Below are positions 30,716 through 32,000 of a stretch of DNA of 32,000 bases, piece after piece. Made by a program: the position numbers and the translations under genes. Source of the DNA: Halomicrobium mukohataei DSM 12286 (lineage in GTDB: Archaea > Halobacteriota > Halobacteria > Halobacteriales > Haloarculaceae); contig NC_013202.1 in NCBI RefSeq assembly GCF_000023965.1, forward strand, positions 30,001-62,000. The letters are read 5' to 3'. Every line of letters starts with the position of its first letter. Positions within the stretch are counted from its first letter, which is position 1. The notes below the pieces were generated by a model, which saw only the letters and a program-made list of their open reading frames with translations, was not told the origin of the DNA and searched no databases.

Positions 30716-32000
30716 ATGGGCTATCGAAACGCACTGCTGTTCCGGTGGTCACGACGCGACCGACTGACGATCGTCGTCGTCGCGGTGACGGCCGCGTTCC
30801 TCGTCGGGACCGCGCTCCTGTTGTTCACGGCGACGACCTACTCGGAGACGTTCGCGGAGCCGCTGTCGAACGCCGGGACGATCAGCTACGAGACCGCGGA
30901 CGGCGACCGGCCGGCATCGACCGAGCGACGGGTCGTCCTCCCACTGACGACCGCCTCGATCGACGGCAAGTCGGCTCCCGTCGTCGGGATCCCACCGGAC
31001 GCGCCGCGGGTGATCCAGAACGGCTCGGCGTCGTGGCAACAGGGCCGCTTGCCAGCGATGCCGTCCGACGCCGACGCACGCGGTCCGGTGTCGAGACAGC
31101 GGACCCGAACGCTGTCCGGGCCCGACGGGCAGGTGACACTCTCAGTCGTCCCACGAGAGCGGAGCAACAGCTTCCTCCAGCCGACGTGGTACGTCGCCAA
31201 CGCCTCGGTCGTCGACGCCATCGGGACGACGGGCTATCTCGTGATCGACCGAGACAGCGAAGCCGACAGTGGGAACGCGATCCCCGAGACCGGCGTGCCC
31301 CTCGTGAGCGCGCTCCTGTACGTGCTGGGCGGGATCGAACAGGTGCTCTGGGCGCTGAGCATCGCCGTCGCTGCGGGTGGCCTCCTCGTGCTCGTCGTCG
31401 TCTACAGCGTGACGCGCATGAGCGTCCGCGACCGGACCGAGGCGATCAGCGTGATCCGCTCGACCGGGGCACCGGGGTGGCACGTCGGCCTCCTGTTTAC
31501 TGCGCGGGCGGCGTTGCTGGTCGCGGTCGGCGTGGCCATCGGCTATGCGGGCGGGTTGATCGCGATCAAGGCGATCGTCAACGCCGCGGTCTACCTCGGG
31601 CTCCCGATCGCGCTCGACGTGACCGTGACCGGAGGGAGCGTCGGCGTCGTGGGCGGCATCGCCGGACTCCTCGTCGGGATGGGTGTCGTCGCCGGTGCGA
31701 TCGCGGCGTATCCGGCCGCCTCCCGCCCGCCAGCGACGCTCGGACACAGACGCGCCCGCCTGCAGTCGTCGACCGGAGCGTCCGGAGGGCGGCTGGCCCG
31801 ACTGCGGTCGATCCTGAAGCCGACGCTGCTCTCGTGGCGCTCGCTCGTTCCGACTGCGGCGACGCTTTCCGTGTTCGCGCTGACGGTCCTGCTGGTCGTC
31901 GCGATCGCCGGCCTGGCCTCGCCACTCGGCGGTGACGCCGGGGGAACGGGCACGATCACGGAAGCCGACGCCCCGCATCCGCTGAACAGTCGCCTCGACG
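30716..32000 (+). CDS. ABC transporter permease, FtsX/MacB-like; 3' end beyond the window
   Basis: Absent from the ORF track because there is no stop in the window. Hand translation from ATG 30716 is open to position 32000. It reads MGYRNALLFRWSRRDRLTIVVVAVTAAFLVGTALLLF...VVVYSVTRMSVRDRTEAISVIRSTGAPGW..., the FtsX-domain pattern. It starts 8 nt after the ATPase stop. Confidence 0.8.
   Translation, partial: MGYRNALLFRWSRRDRLTIVVVAVTAAFLVGTALLLFTATTYSETFAEPLSNAGTISYETADGDRPASTERRVVLPLTTASIDGKSAPVVGIPPDAPRVIQNGSASWQQGRLPAMPSDADARGPVSRQRTRTLSGPDGQVTLSVVPRERSNSFLQPTWYVANASVVDAIGTTGYLVIDRDSEADSGNAIPETGVPLVSALLYVLGGIEQVLWALSIAVAAGGLLVLVVVYSVTRMSVRDRTEAISVIRSTGAPGWHVGLLFTARAALLVAVGVAIGYAGGLIAIKAIVNAAVYLGLPIALDVTVTGGSVGVVGGIAGLLVGMGVVAGAIAAYPAASRPPATLGHRRARLQSSTGASGGRLARLRSILKPTLLSWRSLVPTAATLSVFALTVLLVVAIAGLASPLGGDAGGTGTITEADAPHPLNSRLD

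Overview
High-GC sequence encoding an acidic proteome, with PGF-CTERM anchors, a Tat lipoprotein and TATA-like boxes about 27-32 nt upstream of start codons. This fits a haloarchaeal (class Halobacteria) replicon; I cannot name the genus. Gene order, left to right: (1) the tail of a MoxR-type operon on the minus strand (DUF4129 protein, small membrane protein, DUF58 protein running off the left edge); (2) a hyuA-hyuB hydantoinase/oxoprolinase pair (-); (3) an 85-bp imperfect palindrome; (4) a PGF-CTERM surface protein (+) convergent with isochorismate synthase (-); (5) a sugar-utilisation block of a TrmB regulator, an orphan VapB-like peptide, a USP, a tiny membrane protein and a five-gene Opp/Dpp-type ABC importer (-), with two tandem GH13 alpha-glucosidase paralogues divergent from it (+); (6) a lower-GC surface cassette of an acidic double-HTH protein, two Thr/Asp-rich C-terminally anchored secreted proteins and a roughly 13-TM GT-C-like membrane protein; (7) a second, inverted copy of the 85-bp palindrome; (8) a low-GC islet with vapBC and an IS6 element; (9) a MacB/FtsX-type ABC exporter running off the right edge. 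No rRNA, tRNA or CRISPR array was found, and many long Arg/Pro-rich ORFs in the track are high-GC shadow frames. I found no clear-cut novel multi-gene defence system. The most unusual signals are the inverted pair of near-identical MITE-like palindromes bracketing about 21.7 kb, a third 80-nt hairpin sharing their apical stem-loop, the surface-protein plus GT-C-like cassette (a speculative glycosylation module), and the alpha-glucoside locus with its palindrome-rich control region.
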